A DNA stretch of 64,000 bases from a virus. The notes beneath the pieces were generated by a model. It saw only the letters and a program-made list of their open reading frames with translations, made no database searches and was not told the DNA's origin. A program made the position numbers and the translations under genes. Of the stretch, positions 36,902 through 45,982 are shown one piece after another; the stretch's first letter is position 1; each line of letters starts with the position of its first letter. The DNA lies in the IMG/VR virus record IMGVR_UViG_3300012971_000890. One strand, 5' to 3'.

Positions 36902-37228
36902 TCAAACCTCGATGTCCACCTTGGGCGGCTCGCGCCCGTCCTGGTCGTTGTAATACTGCGTGCCGCCGATGATGACCTCGGTGAGAATGTCTTTGTATAA
37001 GCGTCTCAGGTCACCGATGGCGAAGAAGACCTGCCGTCCCGCCTCCGGGTGGTCCTCCAAATAAGTGAGGATCGCCTTGAGACTCATGGCCAGGCCGAAC
37101 GCCTCGTCACCCCGGATGAATAGGCCAGGCCAGTCCTCTCCGACCTGGAGCGGGCCAGATTCAACTCGCCCCTGGCCGTCGTTGGGGGAAGGGAGACGCC
37201 TCACGGGCCTTGGCTGGTTGTCGGCCAT
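36902..37228 (-). CDS. hypothetical protein
   Basis: Internal ATG (MADNQ) chosen; upstream part is Arg-rich low complexity. Confidence 0.4.
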   Translation of the reverse strand: MADNQPRPVRRLPSPNDGQGRVESGPLQVGEDWPGLFIRGDEAFGLAMSLKAILTYLEDHPEAGRQVFFAIGDLRRLYKDILTEVIIGGTQYYNDQDGREPPKVDIEV

Positions 37229-37437
37229 TGCGTGTCTCCGTGTCCGGGGGTTCCTTTCTTCAGGCAGTCTGAAGATACACAATTGCCGTGGGGATCGACC
37301 TGAATGACGCCGCACCCTTCGCAGATGGTGACGCCGGCCAAACCCTGTTGCCAACTTTCCTCCGTCGTCACACCGTCCATGTCTCCCCGGTACTGCCCAA
37401 ATCGCTCGATTGAGCAGGCCCTACAGAAGTCCGCCAC
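37201..37437 (-). CDS. zinc-ribbon hypothetical protein
   Basis: CRAC..CEGCG..C..C. Confidence 0.35.
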   Translation of the reverse strand: MADFCRACSIERFGQYRGDMDGVTTEESWQQGLAGVTICEGCGVIQVDPHGNCVSSDCLKKGTPGHGDTQWPTTSQGP

Positions 37438-37559
37438 TTAAATCTCCTAGAGTGTATTTCGGAGGCTCATTTCATCCATGAACCTGGCATACTTGACCGC
37501 CTCCACCGGCTCCATCTTAGAACATTGCTGGAGGTATGCCAAGGCCGCACCGGCAAATG

Positions 37560-37880
37560 TCATCCGTCGTAGCGTTCTTTTAGTTTGAGAAACAGTTCCA
37601 CCGCCGGTTCGGGGGAGTCGAAGAAGGCATCATACTCGCCTTCTTTGCGCAGGCGGTGAGCCAGGTGCTTCTCCAGCCCCGCCGGCACCGACTCGCCGTC
37701 GAACAGCAGGTAGTCCACGCAGTAGTGTCCTTCGCTCTCCGGGTAGGCGGCGATGGCGGCTCGCATGTCCAGGCCGATGCCGGCCCGGAGGACGGTAATC
37801 ATCGCCTGCTTCAAGGTTTCCGGGTCCACCTGGACGACCGGCCTGGCGTCGGGTTTCGGTTGCGTAGCAATCTTTGGCAT
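37560..37880 (-). CDS. hypothetical protein
   Basis: 106-aa ORF. Confidence 0.4.
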   Translation of the reverse strand: MPKIATQPKPDARPVVQVDPETLKQAMITVLRAGIGLDMRAAIAAYPESEGHYCVDYLLFDGESVPAGLEKHLAHRLRKEGEYDAFFDSPEPAVELFLKLKERYDG

Positions 37881-37883
37881 GTA

Positions 37884-38390
37884 TCACCCCTTTCCTGCGA
37901 GATCGACCTTTATCCCATTGTTTTCGAGGATTTTCGCGGCCTTGGCAACCTCCTTGGCCTTTTTCTTCTCGGCCCGTTTCCGCTTCGCCTCGGCCTGCTG
38001 CTTCTTCTGATCGTCCACCACCCGCTTCGCCTTCAGGTAGCGGCGGTATTCGTCGTCGGTCAACGCGGACTTCAGCGAGACTTCCTGTACCAGTGTACTT
38101 CCCTGGGCAAGCGATGTTAACTGATAACCCTGCAATTTGTCGATGTCAACTGGCGCGATGGTTGGGTAGCCCGTCGTCCGGGGCGAGATTAAGAAGAATT
38201 TTTTGTTCAGGGCGATCTGCGCCTCGCGGTCCTTGATCCTTTTGAGGTTCTTCCAGCCCGCCGACTCCAATTGCCCCTGTATCTCGTAGTCCGGGTTGTC
38301 CAGCAACTCGGTGAGCGTTACCTCATGGACTTCGATTTGGGAGTCGTCCTCCTCGTACCAAACCTGATTTATCAATAATACCTTGAACAT
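37884..38390 (-). CDS. hypothetical protein with Lys/Ala-rich C-terminus
   Basis: 168-aa ORF. Confidence 0.45.
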   Translation of the reverse strand: MFKVLLINQVWYEEDDSQIEVHEVTLTELLDNPDYEIQGQLESAGWKNLKRIKDREAQIALNKKFFLISPRTTGYPTIAPVDIDKLQGYQLTSLAQGSTLVQEVSLKSALTDDEYRRYLKAKRVVDDQKKQQAEAKRKRAEKKKAKEVAKAAKILENNGIKVDLAGKG

Positions 38391-38441
38391 GATTCGTTGC
38401 CCTCACTACAATGTTATAGGTCTTTTAACCGGAGGAATTAT

Positions 38442-39113
38442 ATGCTTTCGATTGTTGCCGGCCTCGCACTATCCGTGATGCCGCTCGACTTCTCGCCACC
38501 GCCGAAGCCGTCCGCCTTTGACGCCTTTGGCCGTGCCGCACAGCGACTTTACACCGAGGAATTTCGGCGTCTGACCCAACCGCGTACCCAGCCGCGACCC
38601 ATGCCACCGGCTGACCCCGACGATAACGGGACCACGCCCGGCCAGGGGCAACCGCCCCCGACGCCTCCACAGCCCACGCGCCCGGCACAACCGACGACGC
38701 AGCCGGTGGTGCCGCCGATGCCCCCGGCCATTGACGAGGAGGGCGGCATCCCACCGGAACCGATTCCACCGCCCTTTCGCCAGCCCCAATTCAACCTGCC
38801 CGTGCCGCCCAGCCCGCCAGCCGTGCCGGCCATCAACGGTTACTGGCGTCCCACCCAATACGGTTGGCGGTGGGTTACCTTGCCTCCTGGGTTTCCGCCA
38901 CCCCCACCGAATTTTAACGTACCGCCCCCGCTTCCGGTGGAATATATCCTGCCGTATTACCATTACTACCGTTGGCTCTACGGCGATCCCTTCTACGGAC
39001 GTAATCACGGTGGGTTCTTCCGCACCAACGATGGATTGCGATTCCCCAGCGAATTCTACCGATACCGTCGAGGTTATTACGACTTGCCGCCCATACCGTT
39101 CTGGCCTCGCTAA
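38442..39113 (+). CDS. secreted proline-rich protein
   Basis: Signal-peptide-like MLSIVAGLALSVMP; PxxP-rich core; Tyr/Arg-rich C-terminus. Confidence 0.55.
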   Translation: MLSIVAGLALSVMPLDFSPPPKPSAFDAFGRAAQRLYTEEFRRLTQPRTQPRPMPPADPDDNGTTPGQGQPPPTPPQPTRPAQPTTQPVVPPMPPAIDEEGGIPPEPIPPPFRQPQFNLPVPPSPPAVPAINGYWRPTQYGWRWVTLPPGFPPPPPNFNVPPPLPVEYILPYYHYYRWLYGDPFYGRNHGGFFRTNDGLRFPSEFYRYRRGYYDLPPIPFWPR

Positions 39114-39122
39114 ATAACAAAA

Positions 39123-39155
39123 AGGCCGGGGTGCTAACCCCGGCCTTTCTTTTTG
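39123..39155 (+). terminator. rho-independent terminator
   Basis: AGGCCGGGG-loop-CCCCGGCCT then TTTCTTTTTG. Confidence 0.7.
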
Positions 39156-39227
39156 ATGCCGAGCGGGTGGTAGGGGTCTATGGGGTCGGCCTGGGTGAGT
39201 TTCATACGCTCGAACGGCGGGCGTCTC

Positions 39228-39530
39228 TCACGTTCCTCCTGTCTGCGGCGGCGTTTTTGGCGTTTCTTCCGATTGTCCCGCGCTCGGTTGTGGCCCATCC
39301 ATCTCCTCCGTGCGGCGACGTAACACCCCCAACAATATAACGAACGCCGTCATCACCGGGATGTACACCAGCGACCACCAGGGCCACCGCCACACATAAA
39401 CCCCGTCCCGGCTCAGAAACGGCCCGAAGACGAACAGCAGCAGAGCAACGTACCACCAGGGGTTCTTCCAGACAACGCGGCAGGCCCATCGGCACTCCTG
39501 CCAGTACGTCATTTTATTTCTTGGGTCCAT
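39228..39530 (-). CDS. membrane protein
   Basis: Trp-rich TM segments. Confidence 0.4.
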   Translation of the reverse strand: MDPRNKMTYWQECRWACRVVWKNPWWYVALLLFVFGPFLSRDGVYVWRWPWWSLVYIPVMTAFVILLGVLRRRTEEMDGPQPSAGQSEETPKTPPQTGGT

Positions 39531-39975
39531 CCTTCATATTCCCCAAAGTCAGGTGGAAACATTTCACAAAGCCTTCCGGTGGCATTGTGTACTGGCTGGA
39601 AACCGGCAAGCCAAGCTCAACACGAATGTCCTCCAGCCGGGTGCAGAAGGCGTTGAGCCACCAGTAAACGGTGCCGTGATAAATGTGGTTGCTGTAGAGG
39701 AACTTGATTTCCTCCCCGTCATACTTGCCCCAGGCGTCTAGGTTAACAGGCGTTTCGTTGCGCACTACCGAGATGTGGGCAGCGTACATTTGCCGAGCGG
39801 GCTTGCCTTTCCAGGGCGGGATCAAGGCGCGATAATAGTTCACGATCTCCGGGTCGATCTCCACCACGAGCCGGTAACCGTAGTCCTCCTTGATGCTGTA
39901 GCGCAGGACGCCCACCGATTCAAACAGGTCACCCTTGTAAGGCACTGGTATCGTCGGGGGCGTCGTGGTTAGCAT
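39514..39975 (-). CDS. hypothetical protein
   Basis: 153-aa ORF. Confidence 0.45.
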   Translation of the reverse strand: MLTTTPPTIPVPYKGDLFESVGVLRYSIKEDYGYRLVVEIDPEIVNYYRALIPPWKGKPARQMYAAHISVVRNETPVNLDAWGKYDGEEIKFLYSNHIYHGTVYWWLNAFCTRLEDIRVELGLPVSSQYTMPPEGFVKCFHLTLGNMKDGPKK

Positions 39976-40219
39976 CTGGGGGTTGATGATGTTTCTCCGA
40001 GGTCATACCCATTGTGTCGTCCAGGGCCTTGCCTTGCAAGTGCAAGCTGATGACCGTGCAGTTCTCGACGGCCCAATGAAGGTCGGTAACCATCGACCTC
40101 GCAGCCCGTTGGTCAACGTCGCTGTCAAGGTGCTGGCCATAATCCTCGATCATGCCGTGGATAACCCGAAGTGCGTCCGCAACGGCGGCGAATCGCCCCG
40201 CCAGTTCCATTTTGTTCAT
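39929..40219 (-). CDS. hypothetical protein
   Basis: 96-aa ORF. Confidence 0.35.
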   Translation of the reverse strand: MNKMELAGRFAAVADALRVIHGMIEDYGQHLDSDVDQRAARSMVTDLHWAVENCTVISLHLQGKALDDTMGMTSEKHHQPPDANHDAPDDTSALQG

Positions 40220-40238
40220 AGTGGTGCCCCGATTTGAG

Positions 40239-40311
40239 AGCGGGAGAAGGGATTTGAACCCTCACTCTCAGCGTTGGCAACGCCGCGCTTTAACCGTTAA
40301 GCTACTCCCGC
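40239..40311 (-). tRNA. tRNA-Gly (anticodon GCC)
   Basis: Acceptor GCGGGAG/CTCCCGC, U73; anticodon loop TTGCCAA; T-arm GGTTCAAATCC. Confidence 0.8.
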
Positions 40312-40326
40312 ATTCAGTTATATAGT

Positions 40327-40566
40327 TCAACCCAGCAAAAATCCGACGCGGCGCAGGGTTCGCACCCCGTTCTCCACCACAACGCGGTGCGTGCATCCCG
40401 CCGGGGTCGGGCCGTCGCCTTCGTAAACCTGATGGTTGGCAACAAGGTCCGCGATGAACTTCTTGGCGTCGTTGACGCTCCGCTCATCCGAACCCGTGGT
40501 TTGAACCTCGATGTCGCCCAGGGCCGTGTCCTTGATAATCATTTCTTCACCTGCTTCATGAGCCAT
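40327..40566 (-). CDS. hypothetical protein
   Basis: 79-aa ORF. Confidence 0.35.
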   Translation of the reverse strand: MAHEAGEEMIIKDTALGDIEVQTTGSDERSVNDAKKFIADLVANHQVYEGDGPTPAGCTHRVVVENGVRTLRRVGFLLG

Positions 40567-40985
40567 TCAATGGTCGGTTTGGGGCCGGCAAAGCTCATGA
40601 CCGCCAGGCCGGGGAAGTGCTTCTCGATCTCCTTCCGCCAGCGCCAACTCTCTTTGCGGGCCTCGCAGTTACTCATGACGTAAGCGATCACCGAGCGATG
40701 ACCACCCTCGGCCATTCTCGCCTCCAACTGGTCTTTTTCAAATCCAAAGCACGCAAGCTCCGCGATCCAGCCATTGTCCACCGGATATACGAACTCGTCC
40801 AGGTCGAAGGTGACCGGGAGGCCGTTGTCGGTGTTGACGGCGTAGGTGCCGGTGTCGGACTGGAGCTTGATATATTGCGTGGGCATCCCCGGACGCTCCA
40901 CGTTATGGAACTTGGCCCCTGGTTTCAGCGTTCCAAACTTCACCCAGCCCTCTGGCGGGTGATAATCACCGGACGGTTTGACCAT
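40539..40985 (-). CDS. hypothetical protein
   Basis: 148-aa ORF. Confidence 0.45.
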   Translation of the reverse strand: MVKPSGDYHPPEGWVKFGTLKPGAKFHNVERPGMPTQYIKLQSDTGTYAVNTDNGLPVTFDLDEFVYPVDNGWIAELACFGFEKDQLEARMAEGGHRSVIAYVMSNCEARKESWRWRKEIEKHFPGLAVMSFAGPKPTIEWLMKQVKK

Positions 40986-41241
40986 TTTTCTCCAACCATT
41001 CCTTGAGCGTCAGGCCCGATTTTTCAAGCATCTCCCGAAACTCGCGGCCCCGGCGTTTGCGGCATTCGCAAACACATTCCGGGCAGTCGCAAAAGGTCGC
41101 CGCGCCGCACTCGGCACAGTAATCCTCGGTCAACCACTTGATGATCTGGAGGCGGTCAGCGTCATCTAACATGCTGACGGCTTCCTTGAGTTGATCGACC
41201 GAAGGCCGACCGTTGGCGAACGCCGCGTATTCCTGCATCAA
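40966..41241 (-). CDS. cysteine-rich hypothetical protein
   Basis: CAECGAATFCDCPECVCEC. Confidence 0.4.
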   Translation of the reverse strand: MMQEYAAFANGRPSVDQLKEAVSMLDDADRLQIIKWLTEDYCAECGAATFCDCPECVCECRKRRGREFREMLEKSGLTLKEWLEKNGQTVR

Positions 41242-41245
41242 GTCC

Positions 41246-41557
41246 TCAGTTGTTGGAGGGATCGGGCGGGGGTTCGTTGTGAACCGTACCCGAATCCTCA
41301 GTCTGGGTCACCATCGGGTCGTTACCCTTCCAGGTTGAATCACCGCGAATGAGGATACGCCGGGGATTGCCGCCAGCTTTCTTCCAGCAGGCATCGCAGG
41401 CGATGATCCACTCGGACTCACCCCAGGTGCCATCGGGGCGGCAGAACTTCGCCTTTCCGCCCTGCATTTTGAAGAAATGATGCTTCTTGGCGTCCAGGTG
41501 GCCACAGTGCATCATGCGCTCCCCGTGGCGGGGCTGAATTTTGGTGAATTCCTTGCT
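41246..41557 (-). CDS. hypothetical protein (internal start to avoid the tRNA)
   Basis: MSKEFTKI start; a longer ORF would overlap tRNA-Thr. Confidence 0.4.
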   Translation of the reverse strand, partial: SKEFTKIQPRHGERMMHCGHLDAKKHHFFKMQGGKAKFCRPDGTWGESEWIIACDACWKKAGGNPRRILIRGDSTWKGNDPMVTQTEDSGTVHNEPPPDPSNN

Positions 41558-41679
41558 CATTATTTGAGAACTCCGGCACAGTAGGCGATCATCATGAGAG
41601 CGCCAATGACGGCCAACGTCCAAAGAAGGAGCCGACCAAAGAATTCTGGAATACCGGGAGGGCCTGCGCCATTCATAAG

Positions 41680-41750
41680 AGCCACTGCTGGGAGTCGAAC
41701 CCAAATCTCCTGCTTACAAGACAGGCATAATGCCGTTATACGACAGTGGC
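41680..41750 (-). tRNA. tRNA-Thr (anticodon UGU)
   Basis: Acceptor GCCACTG/CAGTGGC; anticodon loop CTTGTAA; T-arm GGTTCGACTCC. Confidence 0.7.
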
Positions 41751-41758
41751 GACAGCAA

Positions 41759-42040
41759 TCAGTTATTGTTATCTATGCGCAGCATGGGCAAACTTTGTTC
41801 CAGGGAGGCACCCAGCAGCGTCATTTCGTTTTTCAAAATCTCGCGGCGTTCCGGGTCCGTGCAGTCCTGGTACTCCCGCCCCAGGGCCACCAGCTTCTTG
41901 CACCCCTCAAAGTGAGCGCGATAAAAGTCAGCTTGTACCGAACTCGCCCGTCCCTCTATTTCCTTGAGGGACTGCTCCATTGCCGCCAGGGACTCCTCCA
42001 TCTTCTCAAGAATCATGCGCTGCTTCCTGCCAATATGCAA
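41759..42040 (-). CDS. hypothetical coiled-coil protein
   Basis: 93-aa ORF. Confidence 0.35.
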   Translation of the reverse strand: MHIGRKQRMILEKMEESLAAMEQSLKEIEGRASSVQADFYRAHFEGCKKLVALGREYQDCTDPERREILKNEMTLLGASLEQSLPMLRIDNNN

Positions 42041-42521
42041 AAGTATCCTCGGTCACCATCCACTCCTTGGTATGCAGGTTCTTCAAAAACTCGAAGAACG
42101 CCCGGCATTCCCCCTCCAGCCCAAGGGCCTTGAGGGAACGCAGGCAACGGGTGATGCGAAGCCAGTTGTGGTTGGTGGTGTTCCACACGTCCTTGCGTCG
42201 TTCCGCGAAGTTTTCCGCCTTCTTGACCTTCCACTGGCCCTGGAAGTCGTGGTACTCCAGACCCAGGAAGGCCAGAAAGCGGTGGAACGACTTCAGCACC
42301 CGATACTGCATGAGCTTGTCGGCCCTGAATACCGCCGTGTCCTCTACGCTAAGGAGCGGGGCATCGGCGTTAAAGCGGCTCGGCTCGTTTAGAGGAAAAA
42401 GCCACTGTATGTAGTCATGCTCGATCTCCATATCCTCGTCGTCCATTGCGAGAATATCGTCCAGAGTCCGGCCCTCGGAGTCCTTGCCTTCGCCGGAATA
42501 AAAGTCGGTCAGTTGCGACAT
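42006..42521 (-). CDS. hypothetical protein with OGFr_N-like YIQWLFPL motif
   Basis: HDYIQWLFPLNEPS; weak family call. Confidence 0.35.
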   Translation of the reverse strand: MSQLTDFYSGEGKDSEGRTLDDILAMDDEDMEIEHDYIQWLFPLNEPSRFNADAPLLSVEDTAVFRADKLMQYRVLKSFHRFLAFLGLEYHDFQGQWKVKKAENFAERRKDVWNTTNHNWLRITRCLRSLKALGLEGECRAFFEFLKNLHTKEWMVTEDTFAYWQEAAHDS

Positions 42522-42899
42522 TTATCCCCCTTTCTCGCATTCCTCGGCGCACTCTTGGTCTACGATCCGTTTTAACTCGGCGGGGTCCACCGGCTTGACC
42601 AGATGGCGGAAGCCGTTCCGGCGGGATTCCTCGACGTGTTGCGGGAAGGCGTGGGCGCTGATGATTACCACCTTGCAGCCGGGGTGGCGTTGCTGAATTT
42701 CCTGCGCCACTTCGTAGCCGTGCCGCCTGGGGAGGCCCAGGTCCACCAAGGCTACGTCCGGGGCCAGGCACGCCAGATCAAGGCTGCCGCCGTCGTGGGA
42801 CACGCTGACCTCGAAGCCGTGCATCTCCAGCAGGGCTTTATACGAGGTAGCGGTGTCAGCGTGGTCCTCCACGATCAACACTCGACAGATGCGGGCCAT
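42522..42899 (-). CDS. response regulator receiver (CheY-like REC) domain protein
   Basis: RVLIVEDHAD, DVALVDLGLP, KVVIISAH, LVKP. Confidence 0.7.
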   Translation of the reverse strand: MARICRVLIVEDHADTATSYKALLEMHGFEVSVSHDGGSLDLACLAPDVALVDLGLPRRHGYEVAQEIQQRHPGCKVVIISAHAFPQHVEESRRNGFRHLVKPVDPAELKRIVDQECAEECEKGG

Positions 42900-43014
42900 A
42901 CAGTTCCCTTTCAACACGGGGTAACATGGAACCATGCCTCCCGCCTTGAGAGGGACGCAAACCGCGTGCCCGACGTGGGAAACGCAAGGCGACCTCTGCC
43001 GCCCACCAGTAAAA

Positions 43015-43506
43015 TCATTCTACCTGGGATTCGGGCGGTTGTAAAGCACCTTCCAAGTAAGCTTTCCACTCGGTATCGGGGAGAACACCATGCCAGTCAT
43101 CGTCAATACTCCGGTGCGCCCGCGCGTTCGCCCGCTCTTCCCGGTCCTTCAGGTAGCCCAGGTTGGGGACCACAAATAGCATCACCAGCCGGATGTCGTT
43201 TGCCGACAATCGCTTCTGACCGAGAAGGCTGCACAGAACAGAAAGTTCCGTCTCCCCCTCGTCCCATAACCACCGCCGGAAGCGGGCCAGGTCTTGGTCA
43301 GCGACCCGGCGGTGCGTGATCGGATGACCCATGAAATGAAAAATGCCAAGTAAAAGGTCGATCACCGGCACCCGCTTATGGACCTGGAACCAGGACTGGC
43401 GGTCCATCTTCTTGAGGCAGGCGTCGGTGATTTTCAGGAATCGGTGGATGGGGCTGGCATCGGAGAGGCCCGATGTCTGCTCCAGGGTGATTATTTGCCG
43501 GGGCAA
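43015..43506 (-). CDS. hypothetical protein
   Basis: 163-aa ORF. Confidence 0.4.
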   Translation of the reverse strand: MPRQIITLEQTSGLSDASPIHRFLKITDACLKKMDRQSWFQVHKRVPVIDLLLGIFHFMGHPITHRRVADQDLARFRRWLWDEGETELSVLCSLLGQKRLSANDIRLVMLFVVPNLGYLKDREERANARAHRSIDDDWHGVLPDTEWKAYLEGALQPPESQVE

Positions 43507-43742
43507 TTTTTATCCTCAAGCCGCTCCAAAGAACCCACGGCCCAACCCAATCCATAGGTCAGATCGCTCTTGGGGAGCAGTTCGCCCTTCTCGTTCCTCT
43601 CCACGACCGGCTCATTCTCGGTGTCGCCCTCCTTGGCCGCGCCATAACCGGCCAGCCACTCGGCCATTTTGCCGTTCACTTCGGGACAGTGCTGCTCGTG
43701 CTGGCCATCCTGGTGATAACAATATTTGCAGGTCAGGGCCAT
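43491..43742 (-). CDS. hypothetical protein
   Basis: 83-aa ORF; CKYC..C. Confidence 0.35.
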   Translation of the reverse strand: MALTCKYCYHQDGQHEQHCPEVNGKMAEWLAGYGAAKEGDTENEPVVERNEKGELLPKSDLTYGLGWAVGSLERLEDKNCPGK

Positions 43743-43936
43743 TAGACCACCCCTGGTAAGTCCTCGAAGGTGCCGTCGCCGTCAAGGAACGGCAATATTA
43801 TGGCCAACAATTCTTGAAGGTCCACCAATTCGCAGTCATTCTCCAGGCGGCAGGCGGGCAGGTCCGCCCAGCGTTCCTTGCCTTCCTGGTGAACCGTCAC
43901 ATGAAAACCCCCGTGGTGTACTTCTTTACTTGCCAT
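43742..43936 (-). CDS. hypothetical protein
   Basis: 64-aa ORF. Confidence 0.3.
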   Translation of the reverse strand: MASKEVHHGGFHVTVHQEGKERWADLPACRLENDCELVDLQELLAIILPFLDGDGTFEDLPGVV

Positions 43937-44297
43937 TTTTCTTTTTGGTCTTCTTCTTGGGTTTTTCTTCCGCCGCCTCGGTCACCGGATTCACGCGCGT
44001 GGTCGTCGGGAACGTGCGATAATGCGGCTTGGGGGTGCCCGGAAGCACCGACTGCACTGCCGGGTTAAACACTTCGTCTTGCGGGAGGAACGGGGGTTGA
44101 ATATATGGCCCCTTCCGCATGTGGTCCACGCCCTTGACCTTCACCAATTGGTCGGCTTTAGCGGCGTCGATCTGGCCAAGGATCATCGCCTCGTGGGGCT
44201 TGGTTTCGATGTTCGTGAGGCCGGCGTCTTGCAACAGCAGGCATGTCTCGCCCAGGTCCGCCTGTTTTTCAACATAGATCATCACATTCATGGACAC
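43926..44297 (-). CDS. hypothetical protein with Lys-rich tail
   Basis: 123-aa ORF. Confidence 0.4.
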   Translation of the reverse strand: MSMNVMIYVEKQADLGETCLLLQDAGLTNIETKPHEAMILGQIDAAKADQLVKVKGVDHMRKGPYIQPPFLPQDEVFNPAVQSVLPGTPKPHYRTFPTTTRVNPVTEAAEEKPKKKTKKKNGK

Positions 44298-44301
44298 TCC
44301 T

Positions 44302-44574
44302 TTAAGGCCCCCAATGCTCGTGGAACCCTAGTTCCTCGGACTGGATCACCTTTTTCTCGATTTCAATAATAGAGTGCCCAAGCTCGGTTTCCTGCTCGAC
44401 CTCGGCCAAGGCGAACTCCTTGCTGATGGGGCCTTGTAGGGTGTGCATCTTGAACCCCTCCGGCCACTGCCGGATATGCTCCATGACCCGCTTTTTAGTT
44501 TCCTGGTCCACTATCCGCCTCCGTGTTAATTCCAAGCTCGTCCCGAAGCTCCTGGGGAATGCCCGAAGGGGCAT
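44302..44574 (-). CDS. hypothetical protein
   Basis: 90-aa ORF. Confidence 0.3.
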   Translation of the reverse strand: MPLRAFPRSFGTSLELTRRRIVDQETKKRVMEHIRQWPEGFKMHTLQGPISKEFALAEVEQETELGHSIIEIEKKVIQSEELGFHEHWGP

Positions 44575-45982
44575 CCATCACCGATGTCCGGCCACTGCCC
44601 GTCATGGGAAACGGGATGACCTCCTTGAGCGACGATTCTCCACAGAGTAGCATAACCAGGCGGTCTATGCCTAGCGCAATTCCCCCGTGCGGAGGCGTGC
44701 CCAGGTCGAAAGCCTCCAGCATGTGGCCCACACTGTCCAGCGTGTCGGGCTGATTGTAGCCCATGTTGCGAAAAGTGGCCTCCAAAATCTCCCGGCGGTG
44801 GGCGCGGATGCTGCCACTCCCGATCTCGTAGCCGTTGCACACAAGGTCATACTGATATGCCTGCACCCGCTCCAGATTTATTCCCTGCATGTGCCATTCC
44901 AGATGCTCGGCAATCGGCATCGAGAAGGGGTTGTGCATAAAAGTATAATCCCCCTTGGCGTCCAGCCGGTCTTCCGCCGTGACGACTTTCTTGTACATGG
45001 GGAAACGAGTCACCCAACAGAAGGCCAACAGGTTCTCAGCCTTTTCCTGGGGCGTGCGGATGTCAGGTTTGTCGGTCCCGTACATTTCCATCGCCTCGGC
45101 GTGGGTCAGCACCGGGAAACAGGAACGGCAGCCGTCCAAAAGGTCATAGCGGCTGTCCGTCTGGTCATTACACTTGCGCCCGGTCTTGGAACAGCAGAAT
45201 CGCACAACGTCGCTAATATGATGGAAAATACGCCATTCCTCCGGGAAGGCCATTTCCACGTCCAATTGCGTGAACTCAAACCCCCGGTCGTGGCGCAGGG
45301 ACTCGTCGCGGACGCACCTGGCGATCTGATAGTACCCCTGGAAACCCGCCGTCATTAGCAACTGCTTATATTGCTGCGGACTCTGGGGCAGGGCGTAGAA
45401 CTTCCCCGGCTGAAGGCGGGACGGCACCACAAAATCGCGCGCCCCCTCCTTCGTGGACTTGGTAAGGAGTGGCGTTTCGATCTGGGTGAACTTGGTCACC
45501 GAGCATTCACCCAGGATTTGATGGATGCACTTATAAACCTGGGCGCGGATAGTCAGGTTTCGCTGCATCCGCCTGCGGCGCAGGTCCAGGTAACGGAAGC
45601 GGAGCCGCATCTCCTCGTTAATATCACGCCCATCCCCGTCAATCGGGATCGGCAGTTCCTTGCACTTGTTGAGGACCGTGCAAGACTCCACCACGACCTC
45701 CACCGTGCCGGTGGCCATGTCCGGGTTGACGAGATGTTCGGGCCGCTTCACGATCCTGCCGGTGATCTCCACCACGTCTTCGGCGTTCAAGTCCTGCATC
45801 ATGTTGCGGCCCACGCACTGCACGATCCCGCTAAAGTCGCGGAGGTCCACAAAGACCAGCTTGCCGTGGAGACGCACCGTGTTCACCCAACCGTGCAGTC
45901 GCCACAAAGTAGCATCCGCGCCGCCGTTACCAAAGATTCGAGGGGTGGAGGATGCTTCGGTTAATTGTCCTGGCTGTTTCAT
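44495..45982 (-). CDS. aspS: aspartyl-tRNA synthetase
   Basis: OB-fold LHGWVNTVRLHGKLVFVDLRD; motif 2 IARCVRDESLRHDRGFEFTQLDVE; motif 3 GGIALGIDRLVMLL. Confidence 0.85.
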   Translation of the reverse strand: MKQPGQLTEASSTPRIFGNGGADATLWRLHGWVNTVRLHGKLVFVDLRDFSGIVQCVGRNMMQDLNAEDVVEITGRIVKRPEHLVNPDMATGTVEVVVESCTVLNKCKELPIPIDGDGRDINEEMRLRFRYLDLRRRRMQRNLTIRAQVYKCIHQILGECSVTKFTQIETPLLTKSTKEGARDFVVPSRLQPGKFYALPQSPQQYKQLLMTAGFQGYYQIARCVRDESLRHDRGFEFTQLDVEMAFPEEWRIFHHISDVVRFCCSKTGRKCNDQTDSRYDLLDGCRSCFPVLTHAEAMEMYGTDKPDIRTPQEKAENLLAFCWVTRFPMYKKVVTAEDRLDAKGDYTFMHNPFSMPIAEHLEWHMQGINLERVQAYQYDLVCNGYEIGSGSIRAHRREILEATFRNMGYNQPDTLDSVGHMLEAFDLGTPPHGGIALGIDRLVMLLCGESSLKEVIPFPMTGSGRTSVMDAPSGIPQELRDELGINTEADSGPGN

